64,000 nt of DNA from Flectonema sp. DT1601. Lineage: Eukaryota. The stretch is taken from the NCBI GenBank assembly GCA_964019425.1, contig OZ025782.1:1612001-1676000 (forward strand), read 5' to 3'. Below, piece after piece: positions 11,816-23,154 of the stretch; positions within the stretch are counted from its first letter, which is position 1, and every line of letters begins with the position of its first letter. The notes beneath the pieces were generated by a model. That model made no database searches, had not been told where the DNA came from, and saw only the letters and a list, made by a program, of their open reading frames with translations. A program made the translations under genes and the position numbers.

Positions 11816-14800
11816 ATAAATTCTTCCTTAAAGGTATCTTGCGTGTGGCACCGAATACCACTTTAGTTTTAGATGAATAAAATGGGAAGGGAAAAAAAAA
11901 AAAAAACAGCACTACTTATCATCTCTTAATCTAACTGTTAGCACTTTTTGAGAAAATGGCTTGGAGCAGAAGTTATAATTTAACAACTGCAAGGATCTTT
12001 TTATGCCAAAGAAAAGTAAGAAAAGAAGAGGTCCTCTTGTGTAGTCCGTTTGTTTCCCCATCCCGTGTTGGTTTTTTTTTGCAGCAAAAAAAAAAAAAAA
12101 AAAGGGGACAAAGTAGTACAAGATAACCTGAAGCTACTAATTATTATCTTATTTCCGTGAGTGCATTTTTGTTATTTTTTTTTTTACAATAAAGCTCAAA
12201 GTACTAACTTAACTTGTATAAATCAATAAGAATACTTAGTTACTCAATACCTAACCAAATGTGAGGTGAGCGTGTGATCTCTTCTTTAAAGGAAGAGTTG
12301 GGTTGATCAATAATTTACAGTCAGCATGAAACAATAACTGTATCGATATCCTTAAAAAGAGGATTTCTATTTTGGGGTCGACTCTATGTGCACTTACTAC
12401 AGTGCCTCACGCTTTTCCTTTTTTCTTCAATATTATTATTATTTTTTAGTTTGGTAGAATTGTTTCATTTGGAGGAAAAATATTTAAACAAAGCCAAAGC
12501 GAGATTGTGAATGTGTTGTGGCTAGAGCCCTCTGGGCTAAGCTGTTTCTGTGGTTTTTTTTCTCTCTCTCTTTTTCTTTCTCTTCTCCCTCCTTTATTTC
12601 CCCCCTTTGTTTCTCGGCCTTGCAGACGAATCCTTCGCTTGCGCATAAACTTGTTTTTTTTCCTTTTTTCCTTTTTTTTTTTTTTTTTTTTTTTGCATTA
12701 GCTGAGAAGCACAGCAACAACAACAACAACAACAACAAAGAAAAAGAAGCTTCTTAACTTTCAAAGCAACCCACCACAACTAAGGTCTCTGCATTACCGA
12801 AATTTCACGATTTTTGTCATGCTGTGGTACACCCCTTGTGATGGTACAATAATACAACCGAACTTCTTTATGTGTGAACTTCTCCAGAAGTTTAACTTAT
12901 ACTTCGATAAATAAACAAATAAAAAATAAATATTTTTTTTAATGCTGAATATCAGGTTACGACTGTTGCCCCATTTGCTTCTGTTTTTTTTTTCCCTTCT
13001 TCTTTTTAGTTTATCCCTCCCTGTTGTATTGCATTTTTAGTCAAACAAAGAAGGCAAAATACTTTATTGTAGTAGCATACAATGTTGTTGAGCTCTTTAT
13101 TTCCTCTTCCTCTTCTTTTTTTTAAAATTTTTAATTTTTATTTTTTAAAAATAAAACCAATCGGCTATTGCAATACAATAATTTCCATTTCCCCCCCCCA
13201 ATAATTTTTGTTTTTTTTTGTTTTTTATTTTATTTTTATTTTTTCAAGTAAATAAATAGTCCTTTGTCATGATTGAAGGTATTTATCCCAATTTCTTCCA
13301 GTTTTTGTTTTTTTCTTCTTCTTCCGATTCCCTTGTTTTCTTGCGTTTTCTTTAAAATTTAAAATCGCATTTTTCAAATATGCGGTAAAGTGCGGCGAGA
13401 GTCACTCTTTTATTATGCACATAAAAAAATTTGACGATATCGCTTGTTGTTTGTATTTATCTTGAGATAATTATACATAAAGCAGTTTACGAAAAGGAAG
13501 TCTTCGGACCACTACCACGACTGTCTTCAGCATAGGCGTGGTGTACACTGTGTTTGATTCGGTAATTAGGTAATTATCGTATTACTTGGTTGGTCTGATT
13601 TTCTGAGGTTCAATCTTGTATTCATCATACTGAAAGGTTCGTCTTTCCATTAAGAAAAAAAAATAAAATAAAATACCTGTTTGTGTCGAATGCTTTGTGG
13701 GCTGTTTGGTGTTACGATAAACCAGTCCACCCTCGAGGGTATAAAGCAATCGTTTCTTATTACAGATTTTAATAAACTAAAAAAGGGAGTCTAGTGATCG
13801 GAGTAATCGTCTGTCGTGTAGTAACTCTTTTACCCTTTCTTACGATCTAATAATTGACTACTGTCGGAACGTATTGAAGTAGGCTCTCGGTTTATTCCGC
13901 GTTGCTAGTCAGGGATTTCAAAATATTTGTATTTGACATGTCGAACCATCGATAGTGGTTGACTAACAAACACGATCGCATATTCTCTCTTCTCCCTTTC
14001 TGAATCAATTACCCAGACTATTGGCGTTATTAGCCATCTCTGCTAACAAATAAGTGTGGCTGCTATACTGTACTGGCGACATTTTCACACAAGCAAAACC
14101 AAGGCTTTCCACCATAAAAAAATGATAAAAATATTAAATGGAATAGGGGATTCTCTTAAGTGCAACTTAAAAGATGTTTAACTTGCCCTTTTTATTTTTA
14201 TTTTCTTCTTTCTTCTTTTCTTTTCCTGTTTATAACAGATGTCGCTGATACGGAAAATGATGATTAAATAGTCGTTCGGAAAAACTGAAACCAATTTGAT
14301 GATGTTACCCTTATCAATTCCATTGTTGTTCTTTTTACATGTCAACCGGGATTGTCCGAAACCTAATTTGTTTTTAGCTAGTTTCAAGTTACTAGCCTGC
14401 TATTCCTACTACTTTTAATTAGTGTTTTCGAGATTCGGTATCATAAATCCACAAAAAAACACTTTATTAAAAAAAAATAAAAAAAAATGTATTATTTTTC
14501 TTTTTAATAGTAAAATACAGTTTACCTATTGTTAGAGCTTAGGTTCTTAACGGGCAAATCGAATGGTGACAAACTAATTCAAGTCCAAAAGAGAAAAAAA
14601 AAAAAAACAAAAACGGAATCGTTAAGAGCCTGTTTGTATCTATCATTCACGTCGAGGTACCTATTGTGATTACCCGCAATTTTTGCTGTAAAGCTCATGC
14701 GCTTATTTTTTTTTCCTTAACCCCTTCACCTACGACTACTAACGTTGTTGGAAAAACTCCATCGTCGAAGGGGAACGAAAAAAAAAAAAAAAAAAAAAAA

Positions 14801-15392
14801 GAAACATTGTTTGTCGTGAACCGGCTTCATTCTTTTTATTAATGTGAAAAGAACTTGTGCAATTCTTTTGGGCTGACTTTTTCCTAGCATGGCGGAGTTA
14901 GGTACTTGATTTGCGCCGTGAAACTTGCTGTTCCGGCTGATTAGCCGTTTGTTTTTTCTTTTTCCTTACAAACTTTTTTTTTTTTCTATCTTGTTTGTAT
15001 AGGTTTCCTTCTTGCAAAAAAAAAAAAAAAAAAAAAAACTAACTTTTCTATTTCCCCAATTTTTTTTTCCCCATCACCATCCTCTCTCCACACTGCCACT
15101 TGTTTTCATTTTTTTTCTTTGAAAAAAACTTATTCCCCTATTTTTCTCTAATCCCCCTCGTTCTGGTTATTGTCTTAGTGAGTCAAATAAAATCTTATTT
15201 TTTTGTTTTGGTTTTCCCGTTTTAATTATTATTTTCTGCAGGTAAGAAATACAAGTCAAATATCTTCACTGATGCTTATTGTGGTAATCTTGTTACAAAC
15301 ATCTTTCTTCAGTATACTCCCCTCCCCCTTATATACGAAACATTTGTATTTTACGTACAAACTCGAACAGTTAACCCTCCCTTATTAAAAAA

Positions 15393-17931
15393 ATGATACT
15401 TCCAGCAGAATGAGTATATTTAGAAAGAGTAATGCTGACATTCTTATTGGGTTTGGTGTGTGTTATTCTGCTATCAGTAAGGCAGGAGAGAGCTTCTGCT
15501 CAGTCGGTATTTACGACAGGGATCCTGACTGTAACTTATTTTATTGGGGAAAGAACGGGAACCCTCGGAATCACAGACAGAGGAATAACATATTTGGGAG
15601 CTTCTGTTTGGTTAGTTTATTTGCTTTCATTCGCATTCATGTTCTTCGCATCTATTGCCATTGATTTGGAAGATCGTCCTGGAAGGCCTCGATTCTGGTG
15701 TGCGTTATCAATTTATGCATGTGGTACGGTTTATTGTGCAGCAAAACTTGGTTTACTAAATATACTGATGGAGCTCTTACGGATAATAAGAAACACTAAA
15801 ATTCCTCGATTCCAAGATCGATATTGGTTAAAGTTAATGGCGCTGACGACCCCCTATTTCATCGTCTTGATATTCGTACTTATGGATTTGGTTTCTACGT
15901 TTCGTGGAGATCCTTTAAAATGCTATGTTGGGGTGTATCCACGAGCGATCATCTTAATCATGGTTTGGAATACAATTGTCTGTACGCTTATTTGTTTGCT
16001 GTATTTAAAACTGTTCAGAGATTCAGAAATATTAAAAAAAAGAACGAAGGAAAACAAAGCATTGAACCAACCCGTCCAAAACATCCTAATTCCACCCGGA
16101 ATGTCAAAGGCTTCGATCATTGGAGCGACCGTGGTGTGGATTTTTGCTTCAACAACTAATTTCACTATTCTATTAACGTATCCTTTACTAAAAGAATACA
16201 TTTGTCTCATGCTATGCACTATTGATTTGACCATTGGAATCATTGTAGCTGACTACTTGTCGGGTTTAACTGCTGCGAGAATTCAACGAAATGAAGTTGC
16301 TAGTTTAGTAGCGATGAAGATAGCTAGAATGGATTTAGATAGCGTCGATGAATTCCTCGTTGAATCTGACAATCTAAATATAATTGAGGCGGCTTTAAAG
16401 AGAATAATATTAATACTAAGACAGTATAAAGCTTATGTTCCGGTTTCTGTTCTTCAAAATGTTGAAGAAATTATTTGTGTTCCGATGTCTGGTCATGACG
16501 TCCCTAAATCTGAATACAAACACTGTGAGTTGGTAACCTTACCATCACCTCCTCCTGTTGGAGAAGTGAGCATCGTTTTTACTGACATGCTGTCAAGTAG
16601 TTTAATTTGGGCAGAACTTCCTGATGAGATGAGAGAATCACTAGCGATTCATAATAAAGTTATCAGAGGTTGTATTTCCATCACCAGAGGTTATGAAGTT
16701 AAAACTATCGGAGATTCTTTTATGGTCGCATTTGAAGAGCCGAGCAACTCTTTAGAATTCGCGTTGTTAGTTCAGTCGGAATTATTTGAATCAACGTGGC
16801 CTGATGAACTATCTCAACTACCAGTTTGTAAAAGACAACTTCCTGACTGGAATGGAATTAGAGTCAGAATTGGTGTTCATTACGGGCCTGTGACGATCGA
16901 TGCTAATGATGTGACTGGTCGAGTTGATTACTTGGGGAATACAGTAAACACTGCTGCTAGACTTGAGGGCATTTGCTTACCTGGTGCTGTAGCTGCCTCA
17001 CATCAGGTGACGTCAGTAGCTCGAGATTTCTTCAAGAGAGTTCGAATACCTCCATTTGTTGCTGACAAAGGCGCAGTTCAACTTCGTGGAATCCGAGATA
17101 TGATTTCCTACTCATTAGTCTTTCCTGATAGTTTATCAGGTAGACTGCAAAGCTGGAAAATAAAAGCCAGGCCTCCGGTATTGGTACGAAAAAGTTCCCT
17201 TACAAGTTCAGCTGTTAGCAGTTTGAAGTGTAAGTCTATTGCCGATCATCCTTCATTCGTATTAAGGAAGACTCAAGGAACTCTTGGGAAATTATCAGCA
17301 AAAGCAACACCGTCGGAATATTATGCACTAAATGACACGTTTAGTTTAGTATCAAGTTGCCTAATTAGAACTGAAGGGATCACAATGGGTATTATTGGAA
17401 ACGTGATGAGCTTTACTTGGAATATCTCAAAGCCTTTAGAAAACCATGCCGTCAACGCTCTTCGATTTGCTGATATGTTTGCATCGTATCAACGTCGACA
17501 ACATAATCCTAATAAAGCTGGTTATTATCTTCGCTCTGTGATTGCTATTTGTACCAGTGAAGTGTCAGTTGCGTCAATTCTCGCTGGTGATGAGAGATTT
17601 GTGACAGTTTTGGGAGACGCGATTAGTCTTACTCAGGCTCAACTTACGATTTCAGAAATCAACGGAATCTTTTGTTCTTATTGTTCTCTTGATAGTTGTC
17701 AACTTCGAGTTGTTTTACCTCTTCTTAATGAAATTCATACTCTTGGAATTGTACGAAAACACTGTACTGTTCCTGAACTCATTCCTCTTTATTGTGTTTC
17801 TGTGTCTGTCTGAAGAGATCTCGATGTTTGATTTCTCATGTGAAACACTCGAAGCTGTCGGTGAGGATTTTATTAAATTTGACAAAATTCGAATCATCGA
17901 GGATAGTTCAACTGGGTTGATTTTCGTGTGA
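15393..17931 (+). pseudogene. Damaged copy of the 7TM-adenylyl cyclase gene (may still encode a 793-aa product from 15432 to 17813)
   Basis: Compared with the 19454 copy: codon 7 TGG is TGA (15411-15413), and a 5-bp deletion (ggtgg) near 17808 shifts the frame and removes the last ~40 aa. Cyclase motifs are intact. Confidence 0.8.
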
Positions 17932-18272
17932 CGATTTTTTTTTCCCTCTCTCTTTTTAAAATTAATTTTTTTTATATATTTACACGGGATTCCTTAGACA
18001 GAGAAAAGAAGAAGAGAAAACGAACGACACTCACCTCTCGTTTGTTTATCAATTCGAGTTAAGTAATCTTTTTGGTTGAAATTACGATTTAGTTTTTTCA
18101 CTTTTTTAGTATTTACGTCAATTACAGTGTGTATACCTACACTAACATTTACTTTTAGTCAACATGTATCTCAGAACTAATGTTGAATTAGGTGACTATC
18201 CTCCTCTAAATTTTAAATCTTTAATTATTTTTCTGTTTATTATTTAGTAGCTCAATATAAATCCGATTTCTC

Positions 18273-18774
18273 AGGTCCGGCGCAGTTATGACCTTAAACT
18301 GACTGTCATCTTGCCTGATCCTTTTGGTTTTCATTTCTTGCTGAGTGATATGGCTATGTGCTGCCCAAATCTTTTGTGGTACATTTCTAAAGCTTTTCGG
18401 TAAGCCCACAGTACACTTATAATGCTTTGGACAACTGGGGGTGAACGATCCTCGGTACTGTTCCGGGGGTTTCTATTTTCTTTCGTGGAGTGTGGGCATA
18501 TGGCACAAGTGGTCGTATTATAAAGAAAGATGTATATGAAAGAAAGAAGATTTTTTATTTTTTTCACCTTCCCCCCACTCCCAGATCATTTCTCTTTTAT
18601 TTTCTTTAGTTGTTTACAACCTGTTAGCCTCTGGGCAAGGTGGAGGCCGGAAGTCGATCACTTCCAGCCAATACTATGAAACTACAATCTTCGCGATTGG
18701 GTCCTTACTGATGCGGGCTACCCAGACCCCTCGTAGTCATCAGTTTGTATTTTGCTAACTAAACTAAACTAAAC
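18273..18774 (+). mobile_element. 0.5-kb insertion with structured 3' end and (ACTAA)n tail, LINE/SINE 3'-fragment-like
   Basis: Present only in duplication unit 1. Unit 2 has a different 76 bp (22342-22417) between the same flanks. Ends in ctaactaaactaaactaaac after a nested stem-loop region. Confidence 0.55.
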
Positions 18775-19453
18775 TTCCCTTTCAGTACGAAGTTTGATTC
18801 CATTTGGATACTTGTGTTTTATTGAAACGGCAGCTTTTTTTAAATTGTTGTTAAAAAAGTGTAAGTCACAATTTTGTGAGTGCTTTCAAGCTGCTCTTTT
18901 ACTTCTTCTTCGCAAACTGTCGGTTTCAGACTTTGAAGCAGTCAATCTGATCCGCTGTTGATAGTTCGAAAGAGGATTCGCTGATAAGTTTTTTTTGTTA
19001 GCATCTCTCGACCTCTTTTTGCCTGGTGATCTCTATTTTTTATATTACTTCCCTCCGATCATTTTTTTGTTCTTGTCTTGCTTGTTGTGGTGATTTTAAA
19101 ACCCCCCTTAATGAAATGTAGCTACCAAACTAATTTCCTTTATTATGATTTTGCACCATCTATTTATTTTTTTGGTTCACTTCCATGTGATGATAAATAT
19201 ACTTAATTAGCAAGTCGTGTTGTGATTCCCGTTATTAGGAATTGAGTCTTTTCTTTTTCCAAAGGAAGGTTTCGTCCTCGTTTATTTCTACACACTCAAA
19301 AAGTTCTTCCACAATAGCTGAGAAGACTAGTTTTGCAAGTCCCCTTTTCATTCTGAAGGGGGGAAGGTTTGCTTTTGTTCAATCCCCCCTTATATACGAT
19401 ACATTTGTATTTTACGTACAAACTCGAACAGTTAACCCTCCCTTATTAAAAAA

Positions 19454-21997
19454 ATGATACTTCCAGCAGAATGGGTATATTTAGAAAGAGTAATGCTGAC
19501 ATTCTTATTGGGTTTGGTGTGTGTTATTCTGCTATCAGTAAGGCAGGAGAGAGCTTCTGCTCAGTCGGTATTTACGACAGGGATCCTGACCGTAACTTAT
19601 TTTATTGGGGAAAGAACGGGAATCCTCGGAATCACAGACAGAGGAATAACATATTTGGGAGCTTCTGTTTGGTTAGTTTATTTGCTTTCATTCGCATTCA
19701 TGTTCTTCGTATCTATTGCCATTGATTTGGAAGATCGTCCTGGAAGGCCTCGATTCTGGTGTGCGTTATCAATTCATGCATGTGGTACGGTTTATTGTGC
19801 AGCAAAACTTGGTTTACTAAATATACTGATGGAGCTCTTACGGATAATAAGAAACACTAAAATTCCTCGATTCCAAGATCGATATTGGTTAAAGTTAATG
19901 GCGCTGACGACCCCCTATTTCATCGTCTTGATAATCCTACTTATAGATTTGGTTTCTACGTTTCGTGGAGATCCTTTAAAATGCTATGTTGGGGTGTATC
20001 CACGAGCGATCATCTTAATCATGGTTTGGAATACAATCGTCTGTACGCTTGTTTGTTTGCTGTACTTAAAACTGTTCAGAGATTCAGAAATATTAAAAAA
20101 AAGAACGAAGGAAAACAAAGCATTGAACCAACCCGTCCAAAACATCCTAATTCCACCCGGAATGTCAAAGGCTTCGATCATTGGAGCGACCGTGGTGTGG
20201 ATTTTTGCTTCAACAACTAATTTCACTATTCTATTAACGTATCCTTTACTAAAAGAATACATTTGTCTCATGCTATGCACTATTGATTTGACCATTGGAA
20301 TCATTGTAGCTGACTACTTGTCGGGTTTAACTGCTGCGAGAATTCAACGAAATGAAGTTGCTAGTTTAGTAGCGATGAAGATAGCTAGAATGGATTTAGA
20401 TAGCGTTGATGAATTCCTCGTTGAATCTGACAATCTAAATATAATTGAGGCGGCTTTAAAGAGAATAATATTAATACTAAGACAGTATAAAGCTTATGTT
20501 CCGGTTTCTGTTCTTCAAAATGTTGAAGAAGTTATTTGTGTTCCGATGTCTGGTCATGACGTCCCTAAATCTGAATACAAACACTGTGAGTTGGTAACCT
20601 TACCATCACCTCCTCCTGTTGGAGAAGTGAGTATCGTTTTTACTGACATGCTGTCAAGTAGTTTAATTTGGGCAGAACTTCCTGATGAGATGAGAGAATC
20701 ACTAGCGATTCATAATAAAGTTATCAGAGGTTGTATTTCCATCACCAGAGGTTATGAAGTTAAAACTATCGGAGATTCTTTTATGGTCGCATTTGAAGAG
20801 CCGAGCAACTCTTTAGAATTCGCGTTGTTAGTTCAGTCGGAATTATTTGAATCAACGTGGCCTGATGAACTATCTCAACTACCAGTTTGTAAAAGACAAC
20901 TTCCTGACTGGAATGGAATTAGAGTCAGAATTGGTGTTCATTACGGGCCTGTGACAATCGATGCTAATGATGTGACTGGTCGAGTTGATTACTTGGGGAA
21001 TACAGTAAACACTGCTGCTAGACTTGAGGGCATTTGCTTACCTGGTGCTGTAGCTGCCTCACATCAGGTGACGTCAGTAGCTCGAGATTTCTTCAAGAGA
21101 GTTCGAATACCTCCATTTGTTGCTGACAAAGGCGCAGTTCAACTTCGTGGAATCCGAGATATGATTTCCTACTCATTAGTCTTTCCTGATAGTTTATCAG
21201 GTAGACTGCAAAGCTGGAAAATAAAAGCCAGGCCTCCGGTATTGGTACGAAAAAGTTCCCTTACAAGTTCAGCTGTTAGCAGTTTGAAGTGTAAGTCTAT
21301 TGCCGATCATCCTTCATTCGTATTAAGGAAGACTCAAGGAACTCTTGGGAAATTATCAGCAAAAGCAACACCGTCGGAATATTATGCACTAAATGACACG
21401 TTTAGTTTAGTATCAAGTTGCCTAATTAGAACTGAAGGGATCACAATGGGTATTATTGGAAACGTGATGAGCTTTACTTGGAATATCTCAAAGCCTTTAG
21501 AAAACCATGCTGTCAACGCTCTTCGATTTGCTGATATGTTTGCATCGTATCAACGTCGACAACATAATCCTAATAAAGCTGGTTATTATCTTCGCTCTGT
21601 GATTGCTATTTGTACCAGTGAAGTGTCAGTTGCGTCTATTCTCGCTGGTGATGAGAGATTTGTGACAGTTTTGGGAGACGCGATTAGTCTTACTCAGGCT
21701 CAACTTACGATTTCAGAAATCAACGGAATCTTTTGTTCTTATTGTTCTCTTGATAGTTGTCAACTTCGAGTTGTTTTACCTCTTCTTAATGAAATTCATA
21801 CTCTTGGAATTGTACGAAAACACTGTACTGTTCCTGAACTCATTCCTCTTTATTGTGTTTCTGTGTCTGGGTGGTCTGAAGAGATCTCGATGTTTGATTT
21901 CTCATGTGAAACACTCGAAGCTGTCGGTGAAGATTTTATTAAGTTTGACAAAATTCGAATCATCGAGGATAGTTCAACTGGGTTGATTTTCGTGTGA
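19454..21997 (+). CDS. GPCR-like multi-TM receptor fused to adenylyl cyclase, intact copy, 847 aa
   Basis: Paralogue of 2729 with the same TM pattern. Motifs FTDMLSSS, YEVKTIGDSFM, VDYLGNTVNTAARLE. Degenerate second cyclase domain. Confidence 0.9.
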   Translation: MILPAEWVYLERVMLTFLLGLVCVILLSVRQERASAQSVFTTGILTVTYFIGERTGILGITDRGITYLGASVWLVYLLSFAFMFFVSIAIDLEDRPGRPRFWCALSIHACGTVYCAAKLGLLNILMELLRIIRNTKIPRFQDRYWLKLMALTTPYFIVLIILLIDLVSTFRGDPLKCYVGVYPRAIILIMVWNTIVCTLVCLLYLKLFRDSEILKKRTKENKALNQPVQNILIPPGMSKASIIGATVVWIFASTTNFTILLTYPLLKEYICLMLCTIDLTIGIIVADYLSGLTAARIQRNEVASLVAMKIARMDLDSVDEFLVESDNLNIIEAALKRIILILRQYKAYVPVSVLQNVEEVICVPMSGHDVPKSEYKHCELVTLPSPPPVGEVSIVFTDMLSSSLIWAELPDEMRESLAIHNKVIRGCISITRGYEVKTIGDSFMVAFEEPSNSLEFALLVQSELFESTWPDELSQLPVCKRQLPDWNGIRVRIGVHYGPVTIDANDVTGRVDYLGNTVNTAARLEGICLPGAVAASHQVTSVARDFFKRVRIPPFVADKGAVQLRGIRDMISYSLVFPDSLSGRLQSWKIKARPPVLVRKSSLTSSAVSSLKCKSIADHPSFVLRKTQGTLGKLSAKATPSEYYALNDTFSLVSSCLIRTEGITMGIIGNVMSFTWNISKPLENHAVNALRFADMFASYQRRQHNPNKAGYYLRSVIAICTSEVSVASILAGDERFVTVLGDAISLTQAQLTISEINGIFCSYCSLDSCQLRVVLPLLNEIHTLGIVRKHCTVPELIPLYCVSVSGWSEEISMFDFSCETLEAVGEDFIKFDKIRIIEDSSTGLIFV

Positions 21998-23154
21998 CGA
22001 TTTTTTCCCCCCTCTCTCTTTTTAAAATTAATTTTTTTTTTAATATATTTACACAGGATTCCTTAGACAGAGAAAAGAAGAAGAGAAAACGAACGACACT
22101 CACCTCTCGTTTGTTTATCAATTCGAGTTAAGTAATCTTTTTGGTTGAAATTACGATTTAGTTTTTTCACTTTTTTAGTATTTACGTCAATTCCAGTGTG
22201 TATACCTACACTAACATTTACTTTTAGTCAACATGTGTCTCAGAACTAATGTTGAATTAGGTGACTATCCTCCTCTAAATTTTACATCTTTAATTATTTT
22301 TCTGTTTATTATTTAGTAGCTCAATATAAATGCGATTTCTCTTTCGTCGAACTTTAATTAAAGAGTTTTTTTTTTTTTTTTTTTTTTTTTTGATGTTGTG
22401 GTATTACTTGTTATGTTTTCCCTTTCAGTACGAAGTTTGGCTCCATTTGGATACTTGTGTTTTATTGAAACGGCAGCTTTTTTTAAATTGTTGTTAAAAG
22501 TGTAAGTCACAATTTTTGTGAGTGTTTTCAAGCTGCTCTTTTACTTCTTCTTCGCAAACTGTCGGTTTCAGACTTTGAAGCATTCAATCTGATCCGCTGT
22601 TGATAGTTCGAAAGAGGATTCGCTGATAAGTTTTTTTTGTTAGCATCTCTCGACCTCTTTTTGCCTGGTGATCTCTATTTTTTATATTACTTCCCTCCGA
22701 TCATTTTTTTGTTCTTGTCTTGCTTGTTGTGGTGATATTAAAACCCCCCTTAATGAAATGTAGCTACCAAACTAATTTCCTTTATTAGGATTTTGCACAA
22801 TCTATTTTTTTTTTTTTTTTTTTATATTGTTTTTATTTTTTTTGGTTCACTTCCATGTGATGATAAATATACTTAATTAGCAAGTCGTGTTGTGATTCCC
22901 GTTATTAGGAATTGAGTCTTTTCTTTTTCCAAAGGAAGGTTTCGTCCTCGTTTATTTCTACACACTCAAAAAGTTCTTCTACAATAGCTGAGAAGACTAG
23001 TTTTGCAAGTCCCCTTTTCATTCTGAAAGGGGGAAGGTTTGCTTTGTTCATTTCGTTAAGGGAAAAAAAAAAAAAAAAAAAAGAAAAATGAAATAATGAT
23101 TTCGATTTATTGTCAATACCTATTTTTTATGCAGCACCCCTAACCCTACAAAAG

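Larger units (their letters stand above)
15324..23050 (+). repeat. Head-to-tail tandem duplication, unit 1 ~15324-19381 and unit 2 ~19383-23050
   Basis: Near-identical CDS and flanks. Both units start at tccccc(c)ttatatacga and end at gggggaaggtttgcttt(t)gttca. Confidence 0.95.

Noticed and set aside
5491..15388. Many 60-100 aa ORFs rich in poly-K/poly-F
   Set aside because: They are translations of A/T homopolymer tracts, with no coding signal.
15411..15413. TGA read as Trp (alternative genetic code)
   Set aside because: TGA is the normal stop of several genes here, and the same copy also has a frameshift. A simple nonsense mutation is more likely.
18690..18750. Possible hammerhead ribozyme (CTGATGA on the minus strand)
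   Set aside because: No GAAA core follows a stem II in the required position. Kept only as a generic structured region.
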